A DNA stretch of 32,000 nt from assembly GCA_028713935.1 (NCBI GenBank), contig JAQTNI010000007.1:5262-37261 (forward strand), given 5' to 3'. Every line of letters starts with the position of its first letter. The stretch's first letter is position 1. The notes under the pieces were generated by a model, which was not told where the DNA came from, did no database searches, and saw nothing but the letters and a program-made list of their open reading frames with translations. The position numbers and the translations under genes are program-made. Origin of the DNA: Candidatus Iainarchaeum sp. GTDB taxonomy: Archaea; Iainarchaeota; Iainarchaeia; Iainarchaeales; GCA-2688035. This document shows, piece after piece, positions 31,428-32,000 of this stretch.

Positions 31428-31883
31428 ATGAAGCAAAGGAAACTGTTAAATGAAAATGATGTTTTACGGGTCAGGGTTGGCAGGCCAGTTTTTCCAGGAC
31501 TGACAAAGGCGCATATGCCATATTCGCCTGAGGGCCTCACAAAAAAATTTTCTTTGTATCGTGTCGGAAAAGTTTATTGGAAAAGAGAAGCAGGCGTGAA
31601 GGCAACAAAGGTTTTTCTAAGGCCTGTTTCCAAAGCCGGTTTGGTTGATGCAAGGGAATTAATTTCAATTGCCCGCGATTTAAGAAAACTTGGGTTTAAT
31701 GTGCCTCATCAGGGACTTGTATCAGTTCCTGGAAGGTTTTCAACAAAATATTATGTTGCAACAGAAGCTTTTTTTAGGGAAGGAACTCATTCAAAAATTA
31801 AGCCCTTTAACAAGCCATTTTTGGGGCTTTTTTCACACAGGTATCCAACATTGTTGCGAAAACTGTCCATAGATGTAGAGTAG
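31428..31883 (+). CDS. hypothetical protein (weak resemblance to the N-lobe of small RIO/Bud32-type kinases)
   Basis: 152-aa ORF from ATG 31428. No catalytic motif seen. Ends just before a tandem direct repeat. Confidence 0.35.
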   Translation: MKQRKLLNENDVLRVRVGRPVFPGLTKAHMPYSPEGLTKKFSLYRVGKVYWKREAGVKATKVFLRPVSKAGLVDARELISIARDLRKLGFNVPHQGLVSVPGRFSTKYYVATEAFFREGTHSKIKPFNKPFLGLFSHRYPTLLRKLSIDVE

Positions 31884-31887
31884 TCAG

Positions 31888-31928
31888 ACATTTGTCCGTT
31901 TTGTTAGCCGAACATTTGTCCGCTTTTG
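31888..31928. repeat. tandem direct repeat ACATTTGTCCG(N0-1)TTTTG, 2 copies, 24-nt period
   Basis: Copies at 31888-31903 and 31912-31928. Followed by GC hairpin GGCTGGC-gttt-GCCAGCC (31977-31994) at the window edge. Confidence 0.5.
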
Positions 31929-32000
31929 AATACATAATTGCTTCTTGTTAAAATACTTTTTGTTGAAGTAAACGCTGGCTGGCGTTTGCCAGCCGAGCGG

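Overview
AT-rich archaeal chromosome segment. Archaeal markers include fibrillarin, Nop5, NMD3, aCPSF-type beta-CASP nucleases, geranylgeranyl reductase, archaeal-type GlyRS and a BHB-intron tRNA. Small genes and many GGTG-type Shine-Dalgarno sites suggest an uncultivated, possibly DPANN-like lineage (inference). I support about 45 coding regions, two tRNAs (Arg-CCU with a 111-nt intron, Thr-CGU), one IS200-like insertion that splits a HIT hydrolase gene, and four toxin-antitoxin-type modules (HicAB, RelE plus antitoxin, MNT-HEPN, orphan Doc). The most unusual locus is the class III ribonucleotide reductase cluster: NrdH-like redoxin, FTR-like ferredoxin:disulfide reductase, NrdD, NrdG, a DUF1858 CxxC protein and a ferredoxin. 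A 47-nt insertion interrupts nrdD inside its C-terminal CPxC zinc motif. The insertion carries a perfect GGAGGTGA Shine-Dalgarno plus an ATG, which opens a 49-aa ORF encoding the glycyl-radical motif (RVVGYLRPV). NrdD is therefore either split into a large subunit plus an autonomous glycyl-radical mini-protein, or it needs RNA-level removal or bypass of the 47 nt. Other signals not explained by genes: (1) a family of modular hairpin repeats with core CTTTTC-CCWGG-CTTTTC, four copies, one inside the tRNA-Arg intron and one in the tRNA-Thr leader; (2) a second composite repeat present twice, once with a nested hairpin insertion; (3) a GC-rich candidate ncRNA with its own TATA box and a UUCG-hairpin/U-tract end; (4) a Nop5 lacking the fibrillarin-binding N-terminal domain, with nop5-flpA synteny broken by toxin-antitoxin cassettes; (5) a duplicated promoter/operator-like 33-nt block upstream of nop5 and doc. 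No CRISPR array or rRNA gene is visible. All calls come from reading the sequence and motif recognition; no database searches were run.
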